Assembly (NCBI RefSeq): GCF_964204645.1
Contig: NC_134026.1
Span: forward strand, 26,012,150-26,076,149
Length of the DNA: 64,000 nt
Reading direction: 5' to 3'
Source of the DNA: Tubulanus polymorphus
Lineage: Eukaryota; Animalia; Nemertea
Shown here: piece after piece, positions 1 to 16,100 of the stretch
How the letters are laid out: each line of letters opens with the position of its first letter
Numbering within the stretch: position 1 is the first letter of the stretch
Program-made: the position numbers and the translations under genes
Notes under the pieces: generated by a model
What the model saw: only the letters and a program-made list of their open reading frames with translations
The model's database searches: none
What the model was told of the DNA's origin: nothing

Positions 1-936
1 ATTTAGTCTGAATAGTTGAGTGCTAAGGTTCCAGGATTTGGCATTTTCATTAGAATTTATTCATAAGAATGTAGACATAAGGAAGTTGCACAGCAGTATC
101 GTGCGGAGGCATGAAGAATCATGTAGTCTACACAGGAATAAGGGGCCATTCATTAAGTTTTTATGCAAAACAATAACGACCCTTAGACCTCATTATTGAA
201 TTTCAATAAATTTTATTAGTAAAATCTTTATTTTTAACAAGCTATTTTTCAATTCAATAAGCATTAATAAAAAATGTACCTAAATTTTCTCATTATAAAT
301 AACTGATCGATGTTGAATTCATATTACAGTACACATTTTCAAATTTCTAGTGGATTATATACATTTACAATATTATTCTCCTAAGAATATCATGATAACA
401 AATATCACCCCAAGCTTAGCACAGAAAACTACTGGCATTTTGAGGCATATGCATGTATATACCTGCATAATACATCATTTTATAAATTTGCAACCAACTT
501 GTCGCTGATACTAAGTCACAAGATCATTTGGAGTTCAATAAGACTAGAACTTTTACTGGCTTAGATGAACTTATTCAATATTTTACATACCATATATCTA
601 AATACATGTACAAGTAGTTTATACCCATAATATATAAGTACAGCAGACTTGTTTCATCCGGATCATTTGGGATCAATGAATCCAGAGAAATCCAGATAAA
701 CCATATTATAGATACATTTATGCTAAGTTAACCATACTTAAAATCTAGGTTGAATCAAAGTCCAAATTAGTGGGATCTAATGTATAACTTAAGTATTGCA
801 AGATACTGATGTACTGGGCTTGGTGTTTGATATAGATATAAAATACAACTCAATCATTACACCAAACGTACAATATCAGTTTTATTTCTTACCTGGGTAT
901 GACAATACTTATTGTCAGAAACTAAAGATACGTAAT

Positions 937-3900
937 TCAGTCACTTTCAACTGGTTCACATTTTATAATAGTAGGTGTACTACAGGAAGCACTAATAACA
1001 GGCAATTCTATATTGGATGAGATGCACTTTAGATTCTGCATGTTATCAGTCAAATCATTCAGACTTGTTTCTACATTTTTATATACTAAACACCCGTCGG
1101 GTTCATCTTCAATAATTTGGTTGCTTTTTAAATCTGTCTTTTCTTTGTTCTGATGAAAAGACTCGTGATAATCCCGACTAGAGTTTTCTTTTTTGTCAGT
1201 AGAGAGAGAAGCCTCTGTAGGTATCACTCTAATGTTATCCTCAACGTTTCCATAGTGAATCATCAGAGAATCAGAGTCTATTGTTGTTTCAATTGGGAAT
1301 GGATATGCAGTGTTATCATTATTTTCTGTACACACACTAGGCTGCTTACATGTAGATGATTTCAATTTTGCTTTTGTCAGTTCATTTTGTACATTTTTTA
1401 GCCATTCAATCTTGGCTTTATTGGTTAAACAAGAGTTCTCCAATTGATCTATCATTGAGTACGAAATGCTAACACCAGACATTTTGTTTACAAAATCTGT
1501 GCTCGAAACATCATCAACTTTTCGGTGATCGTCTAAGTGATTAGTGTCCACTGACCTATCCAACTTTGTGTCAACTTGGTTACCAGTACTACACTTCTTC
1601 ATGTCACTGGAACTGTCTGAGGAAGACACTTCAGAGCTAGCACCTGCAACACTGCTACTACTAACCATATCATTCACAATAACATGACCGTCTTTTACTC
1701 TAACAGTATCAGTCAAATTTGTTGCAGAAGGTTTCGTTGTTCCAGATAGTTTAGTTGAAAGATATTTCAACTGATTTAGTGGTTGAGACATAGGGAAAGA
1801 CTGCATTTGATTTTCAATACTCGGCACTGAATCATTGCCGCATGGTGCAGAAACACTTGTGTATAATGATTTTAGCTGTTCAGTTGCAGTGAAACTCTTC
1901 CTAGAATGTGGTTTTGTGTGAACCTTTTTCACGTGAGATGTATTTGTATCAAGTTCAGGTAATTCATTTTTGGTCAATACAGAATGAAGAACTGATGTAG
2001 ACTTAGTTGAATCCTTTTCTCCATGTGATTTAGGTAAACTGAAGTCTAGCGCAGTATCTGGATCAGATGATTGCAAATCTTTCTTGTTTTCAACTTTTCT
2101 CAATCCATTATTATTCCGTTTTTCAAGATTGATATTTTTATTCATTTTATTGGTCTGCATAAAAGTCCTCTGTTGATTCGTCATAGCAGCCATGGAGTAC
2201 TGCAATGCCTGCAGCTGACTACTGACAGTTGTTGGAAATGTAAGTCGTTGGGACGTTGGCGGTCGCATGTTGTGATAGGGATAGAATCCACCATGTGATC
2301 CATGTGGTATTAGAACAGGAGCATAAGCTACACTGAAATTATTGGGCATCATCATTGGAACTGGATGTCCCATGTAAGGTAACTGACCAATAAATGGATT
2401 GTTAGGCTGTACCATTCGGTGTTGAGGAACTTGTGGAATTTGAAGAATAGATTTATCTGTTTGCTTTTCTTTCAGTTCTTCTTTCAACATAGATGTCATA
2501 ATTGGCCGTGCCTTTTCTTGATCATTCACACTCGTCAATGTTGTACAGGACTTCAACTGAGAAATTAGTGCAGAATTAGAAATGGATTTTGATGCTGGTG
2601 TCTGAACATCATCTTCATCCATTGGTTCTTTCTTTATAGTAAGCACCGAGTTGGTAGATTTCGAAAATACATTTGTCAAGTCTGATTCTATAACTTGTTC
2701 ATTTTGCTTAGATGCAGGTGTTTTGGTGATTTTCATATCAGATGGGTGTTCATTAGTTGAAATGGATGGCACTGCAATTGTCTCATTATCAGTATCCATC
2801 ATGGTTGGAATTACAGATGGTATTAAACTTCCACATGTGGTTTCATTGGAAGTTGAAAAGCTAGATATTGGTTTTATTGCCGTTTTTTGTGCAGCCAGCA
2901 TCAAATTACGAGCTTCATTAAAGTTACCCTTTTGCAATGCACCAAACAACTCGGAAAGATTAACTCCTTGCTCTTGAAGATTTTTCACGTCCTGTTTTGA
3001 TAAGCGGAATCGCAAACGGCCAGGCGGTGTTTTACTTGTTCGAGGAGAACCAGGTAAAAATGATGGTTTCTTAACGCCACCTGGTGGGCTCACTGGACTA
3101 AGCGGTCGCCCAGCAACATCACAGTCTAATGAACGTGAATGACGTAATTTAGGTTTTTCAGTTTGTCGAAATATTTTGTTCCGAGTATTCTCATGACTAG
3201 TCTTTGAAATTTGTGTGTCCGATTGTGGTGAGACAGGAGACGAGTCATTCTGTCCTTGAGGTATCATCCATCTTGACACGGGAACAGAATCAGATGGTTT
3301 AACATAAATCAACGGTGGCGGCAAGTCCAATGTAGCAGGAGTGTTCATCGCAGTATTGGTTGGAGTAGAAGGTTGAGACATAGTATGTTGAGATGGAAGC
3401 CTTGGTATTGGAATTTTCAAAGCTGTTGGTGACATCACTGACACTTCCATACTAGCAGAATGTCTTCTCTGAAAATGCCAAAATAAAAACGAAGTAGTAT
3501 TCTTTTCCAGTAATGAAAGTCATGCCAAGGCGAACATTTTAGAACCTTTTTTTAATATTTACATGTATACACAAAATATTGTTGACATGCTTCGGCTAAC
3601 CCAGTTTGCCTTCAGTACAATATCAGAAGTATGCTATAGATCATACAAGACAAGAATAATTTGACAAAAAGCTTACTAATAGTTAGCAGCTCGTCAATTG
3701 CCTTGTCAATTTTATAAACCCTCTATCACCTTGTCAATTATTCTGTCACATTCTTCTCATCTCAGTGCTATGTCAGTCTATAACTTAGTTCTGATTTTGT
3801 TCTTTGTACGTAGTATGTAAATATAACAAAAAAGGATGTAAAACGTTCGCCTTGGCATTTTGTTTACTAGTTTTCTTTTGATACTTTTCCCATAAACAAA

Positions 3901-6900
3901 TCTACGAACATGGGTGTTTACTAATATTGTACCTTTCCCTTCTTGGGCGGATATGCAATATCCACCTTGGCATTGACATTTGCACCAGAAGCCTGCAGCA
4001 AATACTTGACATCAGTATACCCTCGATTTGCAGCAATTTGGTAAGGATAAACTCCTGCATAACTACACACATTCAGATCAGCTTTGCACTTGATAAGCAA
4101 CTTCACCATTTCTATATTATTAGCTTCTGCAGCATAGTGAATACAGGTTCGACCACTCTTTGAATCCTAGAATAAAACAAGATACATTGAAAAGTAAATG
4201 AATATCTTTTGATCAAGGCTAGAAGTAATCTAAAACAAAATACAGACCTCAGCATTAACATCTGAACCGTAACGATATAGAAGATCAGCAGCTTTTAGAT
4301 CTTTTTGTTCAACAGCGACATGCAGTGGTGTTAATCCTAGAATAAAGGTTTTCAGACTACTTTTTAAAAGTATGAACTTCCAAAAAAGTAGTTTTTTTAA
4401 TATCTCAAACAAAATAAATAATTACCTTCAAATGTTTTCGCATCTAGATCAATCTTATGTTGCGTTTTCTTCATAATCAGATCTAAGATATCAAGTCTTC
4501 CTCTCTCTATGGCCATATGCAAACAGTTACGTCCACGTCGATCAGGCAAATTAGGATCTGCCCTGTGTTCAAGCAGTAACTGGATTATCAATTCATTTTC
4601 AGTTAACACACTTAAATGAAGAGCCGTCTAAAAAACATTTAGCATGATTTAAAATAATTTCTTATCAGTTTGTAATCAGATTTGTACCAGAAGTAATTTT
4701 CTGTTAACAAGACCTTGCTGTTTACCTGTCTAAGCTTATTATATGTATCCAAAGTCTTGTTGAATGCCTTCATAAGATCAATCAACCTTTTGACCACATC
4801 AATTTCACCCTGAACAACAGCAATATGTATTGACCTGAAAAATTATATTTAACAGATATATTTCAGTTCTTCCTGTTTTTGAAATGGCAAAAAACCTGAA
4901 ACAAAACCTTATACATGTACATTGTGTCAATGGCAAGTTTGAAATCAGAAGTTAGGCAGGGTCTAATTCTAATTCTGCCAATTCAAAACATTAATAATGA
5001 TGCAAAATAAATGTTTGAAATTGAAGGACATTCAGATAAATGTCTTCATAATTTTGGATTTGTATATGACTTACAAATCACCATCATCATCAGGAGTCAA
5101 TGCTTTTTGACAGTCATTCAAGATTTGCATATTTCTACAAGGGTCCACTGGTTGAAAACCTGAAATCAGATACACAAAATAACATATAGCAATGTGCCAA
5201 CTAATAGGCCAGTTAGTCCAGTAACCAACTAAGACAATATATACTGGCTTTTTCTATAGGGACATTTGATCAGATAGATACCAATGCCATATTAGAACAA
5301 ACAATTTGGCTATCATACTTTTTGCTTTTGACTGAATTATCCAATTAACACACAATATATTTATTCAACACTCCAGTGACTGAGACGTAAAACTATCTCT
5401 CCTGATCTAGGCTATTTAAACAAGGACAGACCTACCAACCTCTAATCTCTGCAACGGTAGTCCTACCAAATTTGATTTAGTTTTAACTCGGTGAAAACAA
5501 ACTCCCCAAATGAAATATAATTCATGTAATGGCGGGTAGATTTGATTTTATCAGCAAGCTGTTGACTCATCTATATTGAATTGACAGATAAATTTTATGA
5601 CTTCAAAGTTTCAAAAGGTTTTCTCTGATTACCGATTAGCATAGTTTAGAATACATATCTTTAAATGTGGTGCTTTTATCGCTGGGTTTTTGGGAGCTCT
5701 GGTCTTCCGTGTTTGATAATTCAAGAACTAATGCTATGATATATTTATTTTATATTGATATAGATCTATGGTTGTGTGCCGATTAAAAACCACACCAACT
5801 CTAATGAATATGAAAGCACTTTCTTTCTAAGTAAAATTCAAGATGTGGTTAAAAAAATTATATGTCTCGATGATACAACACTAACAGAAGGTCTTCATTT
5901 TGTGTTCAAGAAATTCTAGGCTTTTTATGTTGTATAGGCTTTATTGTTGAATACTGGTAGATATGGGCCATTCCCTTTGATAACAATTCTAGGGAAATCC
6001 ATTCACGTTGAAATGCCATACTGTCAAGTAACAGCCAACGCATTAGTGGTAATACTAAACTAGGTTAAAACTTTATATACACCAGGTACCCAGGTTGTAT
6101 TAACCTTGAAATATATAACCATTTAAACCTATCCTTTTTGATAAGCCAAGTCAGCTGAAAATGGTTTCTCATTTCAGAACCTACTTTAAATATAATATGG
6201 AATCAAACACTAGACTTAGAAATACTGACAAACACTATATACAAGTTATGACACCAGTGGTTATTCTCAGAAAGGACAAGACTGGTTTTTTCAAAACCAA
6301 ATCTTTGGCCTAATTCCTTTGAAGTTTTAGAAGAAATGAACAAAATGTTTTGCCTCCATATATATGCCTAGAGCCTAAGTCAAAAGACTTGCATAACGAC
6401 CATACAAAGCTAAAATGAATAAGACATATTCTTATTATCACATATATCCTGTGTAGGGCCTACCTAGAAACTAGTGTTTTCCCTACAAAAGCTATTCTAT
6501 GAATCCCAACTAAGCCTTAGTCCCTTCAATAATGATCTCCAGTGTCAATCCAATGATTTTATCAAATTTAGTTCTCCAAAGCAGTAATTACAATCTAAAT
6601 ATATGTAATGTATTAAGAAATACAGACTGATGAAAACCCAGATTTAGAAAGTCCTTATCAATTGATTTGCTTGTATTATCTGAATTATGGAAATTTTACC
6701 TGATTTGTTAGTGTTCATACCGACACTTGGGTACTGGTTATCAATAGGCCGTTTTGTTTCCGCATGCACATCTGTTCCCCCATCACTCTCACCAGCATCC
6801 AAATTGTCGACAGGAGTAGGAATGTCTTTCAATGAAGAGGCCATTACCAATTTCATTGGAAGTGTCATAAGTTTGTCTTTCAATTTTTCCGTTTCGATTT

Positions 6901-7363
6901 CCATGTCAATAACTTTTCGCTTTTTAGGTGGTAGTCGACGATTTTTAACTTCCACCGGTACATCCTTGTTTGAACTCTGTGCCGCATTGCCTTTCATAAC
7001 AATAGTCGAATCTGTCCTTTCTGATACATTATCAGTTTGCTTTGGCTGTTCAGCCATTTCATAATTACATGTATTCCCTGATATAGCTTCAGAAAATATG
7101 GCATCCAATGAACTGATTGATGATCCTACTAGTGCTTCTTCATTTGTATTTTTTACTTTTTTCTTTCGCGCCTTTGCAACAGTCTGTCTTCTCTTTTTTT
7201 GTTTGGAAGGATTTTTCTCATTTGACGTAACACAAGATTCTGTGACATCAGCTGATGTCGTCGATGCTAGCATGGTAATAGCGAGGGCCGCTGCCATACG
7301 ATCGTTGTGTTCTTTATTATTGTCCCCTTCCGATCTTTTTGGCGAATCTGACGCTTCAGCCAT
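937..7363 (-). CDS. BCL3: BCL3-like atypical (nuclear) IkB ankyrin-repeat protein, about 1,300 aa, 7 coding exons
   Basis: Hand-spliced exons about 7363-6700, 5159-5076, 4834-4727, 4627-4427, 4337-4248, 4166-3933, 3468-937, GT-AG and phase-consistent. Ankyrin core PDDDGDLSIHIAVVQGEIDVVKRLIDLMKAFNKTLDTYNKLRQTALHLSVL...DSKSGRTCIHYAAE resembles human Bcl-3 as recalled (DEDGDTPLHIAVVQG...LDIYNNLRQTPLHL...DIKSGRSPL). Basic NLS-like motifs RRLPPKKRK and KARKKKVK in the N-terminus. Confidence 0.8.
3508..3869. mobile_element. MITE-like element with about 65 bp imperfect terminal inverted repeats, in the last intron of the BCL3-like gene
   Basis: ATGCCAAGGCGAACATTTTAGAACCTTTTTTTAATATTTACAT near 3522 versus ATGTAAATATAACAAAAAAGGATGTAAAACGTTCGCCTTGGCAT ending near 3858 (reverse-complement match); no coding capacity. 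Confidence 0.6.
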
Positions 7364-7754
7364 AATGGTACCGGTAGAGAAATTATTTACAATATATACT
7401 TAAAATCATAGAGCAATCATCAGATCAAAAAATTACTCATAATGTGTGGGCACGTCACCAACCTGCCTGCATAATACCGAGAAATATAGACTCACACTAT
7501 ACACTACACACTGCCATTATTATTGCCACCAATGCGCTCCTTCGCGGATACATTTTTCGCAGCCTATTTATTGCTACATTCGACACAAAATTGTAACAAT
7601 TAACACATTGATATAACGTTTGAACATCTATCTATCATGAGGATATATTCTGCGTACGCCTTTCAACGGCATTATACCTTTTTAAACGAGTAAAAAGCCA
7701 TTTATTGTGCGCTGCACAGTTGATCTATACGCCACATCGAACAAACATAGCGTT

Positions 7755-7783
7755 GGGAATTTCACCCAGTTCCGGGATTTCCC
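7755..7783. promoter_or_regulatory. Paired NF-kB (kB) sites upstream of the BCL3-like gene
   Basis: GGGATTTCCC at 7774-7783 (fits GGGRNNYYCC) and GGGAATTTCA at 7755-7764 (9/10), about 400 bp upstream of the ATG; a further half-site GGGAAAT on the - strand near 7834-7840. Confidence 0.6.
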
Positions 7784-8449
7784 AGCGTCAGGTGACCACT
7801 CTCGCCCAATCAAAGACCGCTATTATAACGCGTATTTCCCCGCCCTGCTGCGCGCCTGACAGCAGCTCGTATCACCGCGACCATGGACATACAGAAACTC
7901 TAGTTCATTTCTAACCTGGAGACTATACTTGAACAAACGGATTGGAAGAATTAGGTGAGGTGAATGCCTTTCACCCGCCACCTCCGGACAAAATATTTAA
8001 AAAAAAACGGCGGCATGGTCGATCGACTTGTAATTATTTTATTTCTGGTAACGTGAGTTCATGCTGCTAACATTTCGAATATGAGAAATAAATAAGAGCG
8101 TTATCCTTTAAAAGAATGAATACATTACAAATTAATCACGGATAGAGCGCAGTCCGTATAGTTGAGCTTATACGTACGTAAAAGAAAAAACACGCATGCG
8201 CGCTTATAAAGGCCATCGTTAGTGAGTCCATGCTATGGCCATTATATATTTCTATACGACAGCAACTCGATACTATTTCGACTTCCAACCTCGGCGTATT
8301 ATATTCCAATTACTCGTGTCGCTTTGGAATTGAAATAAAAAATCGATGAGTCCTAATCCTGAATTATTGAGCTACGTACATGAGAAGCGAACCGATCAAT
8401 TGATTAAATGTTATATCGGCAACTGACGAGTTAACCTGGTCAATATTAA

Positions 8450-11756
<3,307 letters not shown>

Positions 11757-12090
11757 TCTGTTATACAAGATTCTTATCCGTATAATTGCCATTTTTGTGT
11801 CGAACTGTGCTGCGGTACTGCTGCTAGTGCATGTAACGATTCACTGCAACGCGAGCAAGTAGTATGGGGAAAACCAGTACATTCGATCGTAATCGTACTG
11901 CAGCGTATATTTACCTACTAGTAAGATTTCCCAAGAATTTGTAAGGTTCTATGATATCAAGATTATGGGCAAGGAGAATAAAAGAATGGTGAGTCATTTC
12001 CATTGCTTATAAAGCAATGGCTTTCAGATTTGGTTGGGTATACGTATTGCAGCCTATGAGAGATATGTTTGGATATACGTACGTATAACC

Positions 12091-12198
12091 ATCCTCCCCC
12101 GGCAGGGATTCGAACCTGATGGCATCGAGATTGCCGCGGTTCGTGCCGTGGCTGAGTGTAGCGATGCCATCAGGTTCGAGTCCCCGCAGAGGGAGGAT
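12091..12198. repeat. tRNA-derived palindromic element (37 bp inverted arms, each with a Pol III B-box), SINE-head or MITE-like
   Basis: Arm 1 ATCCTCCCCCGGCAGGGATTCGAACCTGATGGCATCG (12091-12127) pairs with arm 2 CGATGCCATCAGGTTCGAGTCCCCGCAGAGGGAGGAT (12162-12198). B-box GGTTCGAGTCC on + and GGTTCGAATCC on -; A-box-like TGGCTGAGTG in the loop. Confidence 0.6.
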
Positions 12199-12360
12199 GA
12201 CGTATAACCTGCATTTATTAATCATCGCGTGCGTACGTATACATCATTTGAACGATAGTAATAAATACCTATAAAGAGGACACGCAATTATTGTAATTAT
12301 CAAATACTTTCTTGTCACTGCGTTTATTAAATGTTTGTTTGATGATAACCCGGGATTCAG

Positions 12361-12683
<323 letters not shown>

Positions 12684-13194
12684 TTCTGTGTAAAAATTCC
12701 ATGGGAAAACCGTAATTCATATCTGATAACGATTTCAAATGCGCCCAATATCGGCCAAGTACAGAAATTAATTTGCGGGGAAAAAATCTTCAAAGGACTT
12801 GTGGGTTTCATTTTCACCATTCCGGTTCACTACTGGAGCTTTTTCCAATAAGCGAATACATGTTCTCTTTATTACATTAAATTTATTTTGTCCATATGAA
12901 TATAAACAATATTAACTTGGATATATAACTGAATTAAGAAGCTCTAACACTAAACACAATAAATGACTTATCTATTTAGAATAACATTTGAAATATATAC
13001 AAATAAATTATTGCTTTTAGAATATTGGTCACTGCATTTTACACTTGAAAAGTAACTGAACAGAAAAGTATCTTATTTCATGAATGCCAAATCTGAATAT
13101 GCGTTTTTGTATAATATCTTATATTATTCCATGTCGTATAAGTTCTCGAAATGTATTTACTTGGCGTGACACTGATCTTCTCACAGCTCTAGTA

Positions 13195-16100
13195 CTAACC
13201 TGCAAAGGAAAGTCCGAAGTAATGATTATGCTAAAACTACGCGGTACCATCAGATTAGAATCGCTGCGAGTGAGTATATTGTGTACTTACTTCTGTATGA
13301 CGATGGTTTATCACTAAGCATATCATCGTCATCTTTTTTGAAGGCGTCATTGTCATACGTTAACGAATGAACTATTTTCAAGAAATAGAAAACATATTCA
13401 AGCGCACATAGAGTAGTTTCAGAACTATCGGTACTTATGTACTCAAGAATATTGATGTTGTTAATAATTACCTTGACTCTTGGCCTTTTCTTTTTCAGAC
13501 GCCTGTTTGTTCCTATATTTTCGGAGAATATTCATTTTTCGGAAAAATACCAAGATAAGTATCGCTGTCGCGGCAACCAGAGTTCCAATAGCTACAGCCG
13601 CATCTCTATATTCAATCGGTGTCATGGTTGAAACAATGGTCCACACTAGAACGCTACCCATACCAACACAGTTGGCTCCTAGAATCCACCTCGATTCTTG
13701 GTTGTTCTCGTCACTTGTCCAGGTCAAACCGGAGAAAATAGCAACAAGTACCTGGAGAAACATCACGTACGTCATGCTAAGCACCAGACCTTCATTGTGA
13801 AAATCACTTGGAGTACACCGTGGCCAGTATTGTAGCTCGTAAATTATTTGTTCAGAGTTCGGTGGTTCAAGAACGATCCATTCTATGGCAATGATCACCT
13901 GTACAAAAATCAGGCCGATCGTGATACAGAAGAGACCGAAAGGATGAGAAAACCTCTTGTAGCTTGCAGATGACGTTTCATCGTATCCCTCAACTCTCCA
14001 AGTATTCATTACTTTCACAGCCATAGACGAATAACAAATTGCATAAACGATTCCCAGACAGAAACGTCTTATTGTACAGACTACCGGACATGGATGGAAA
14101 ATAAAGGCGAAATTCACTGCGTACATCAGGAGAACACCAATTATGAGCATATATCCGAGAACAGTCGACATACCGCGTTTTGGGTAAAAGCAAATAAAGA
14201 AGATAAAACAGAAGATCGATATGATGAATCCTATACCGGACAGAATGGCAAGAACGAGTCCAAGAGCCGTATTAAACTGATCGTATTTGCCAGGAGCAGG
14301 TTTGATGCGATTTCCACCCAGTCGGCCAGCTCCGCTTGCACAGCCGCAATCAACTCCATGCGGACAGAATGATGCAGGTATGTTACCTTCGGTCTTTTTT
14401 TCACCAGATGGACCAATATAGTCATCCATTGATAAGTCCAACTGACCTCGCCAGCTCCCAATCTGAAAATAAAAGGTTCGAAATTATTTTGTGGAAATAG
14501 AATTTATGATATTAAGCAGAAATAACTTTTGTTAAAATGTACAAACGTAAACAAACCTTAACATATTCGTATTTTTTTGTTGTGGTGTTGTATCTAAAAT
14601 TGTAAATGAAGTAGCCTGGATTTCCATATCCCTCATTTGTAAAGGTGAAATCAAACCTATTACTGCCCAGGTCTGATGGAAGAACTGTCCAAACAGCACT
14701 TTTGATTTGATTATAAATCATTGAATTCCTGCTTTCCTTCTTGAGCTTCCACACGCAAGCAGAGAAGGACCCTGCGGCGGCGCAGTCCGATATTCTCGAA
14801 AGTCCTTTCGCAGCGATGTATGTCGAGATGATGATGTGTAAAGTGGCTGATTCGTACTTAACCATATTAGGAGTAATCGTTTCATTTTTCAAACATTGTT
14901 TTACGTATTTCGTCAGTACCACTCTGCTACCTTGTATGCGGCATTTATGTACGTGTTGCCAATATTCTTCGAACCAATCTAATGGTATCCCACGTCTGTT
15001 TTGGAATGATAATTTGGTGAGCCACGATATAAAACTCTGTACATGGAAGGATCGAACTTCTATAGTTAACGCACCAGCTGCTGTACTTTCTACGTCTTCA
15101 ACAACTTCCATTTCGCTAGCCCAATCGTCTCCTCCGAGCCAGATGAATCTGTCTTTAACTTTCATACGCTGTACAGCTTTAAGGATACTTCTCGTATTTT
15201 TTCCAGTTGCGAATAGTACCACTACCTTAGCATGCTCGTGCTTCAAAAGCTTCATAACGACTGCCATAGCATCTTCAACGGATGCGTCTGAATCGATCTT
15301 ATATCTTGCGCCCATACAAAGTGTAGAATTTGTCGCATTAGCAATCTTCCACAAAGCATCCATGCCACCATTACCATAATCACTATCAGTGTTGACACCA
15401 AGGAAATATGTCCAATTGAATGTGCGGAGGATACTGGCCATGGCAATGGCTTGCAGATTGTCAGGTGGTACAGTCCTTAGGAAATACGGGAATCGTGTTT
15501 TGTCACTGAGAGTTGGGGCAGACGCCGATGGACTAATGTAAGTGGCGCCTATTGATTTCATGTACGGTCCAGAAATGATACTTTCAGGAGACGCCATCGT
15601 CATATAAGCGAAGACCGTTTGAGGTGCGATGAGAGCTTCGTATGGAGGTTCACTGCATAGCCCTTCTTTATTGATGTATGTGAAGTAATCTTCGTGAAGA
15701 CGGTCATTATTTGAGCATATATCGATAGCCAAGCCTCCCATTTTGAACTTCATGTCTGTATTCGCGTTTACCAAGTCTATGGCATAAAAAAATGCCATAA
15801 CTCGTTGGAAACCTTGAGTTATCTGCATGTCACCGCATATCAAGTAGTTATCGTCGTTTTGCTCGTGTACGTTGAAAAGTCCGACCATATTCAGCCCAGT
15901 ATTGTTAGTTTGCATGTATCGTGTTTTTCTGTGCCAGATATACGGGCACATTACGCACCATTCAGGTTCCTCGCAATCTGATTGCCAATTGGGATTGTAC
16001 GTTGAAGCTATCGTCAAACCATCTTTCACAGTTGGATAATATCCGATCTGAAAAATTTTGAAATTAACGTTAATTCATGATCACGTTTGCTTATCTAAAA

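Noticed and set aside
12146-12198. Functional tRNA gene
   Set aside because: The A-box to B-box spacing is too short, and there is no anticodon arm or acceptor stem; it is kept only as a tRNA-derived element.
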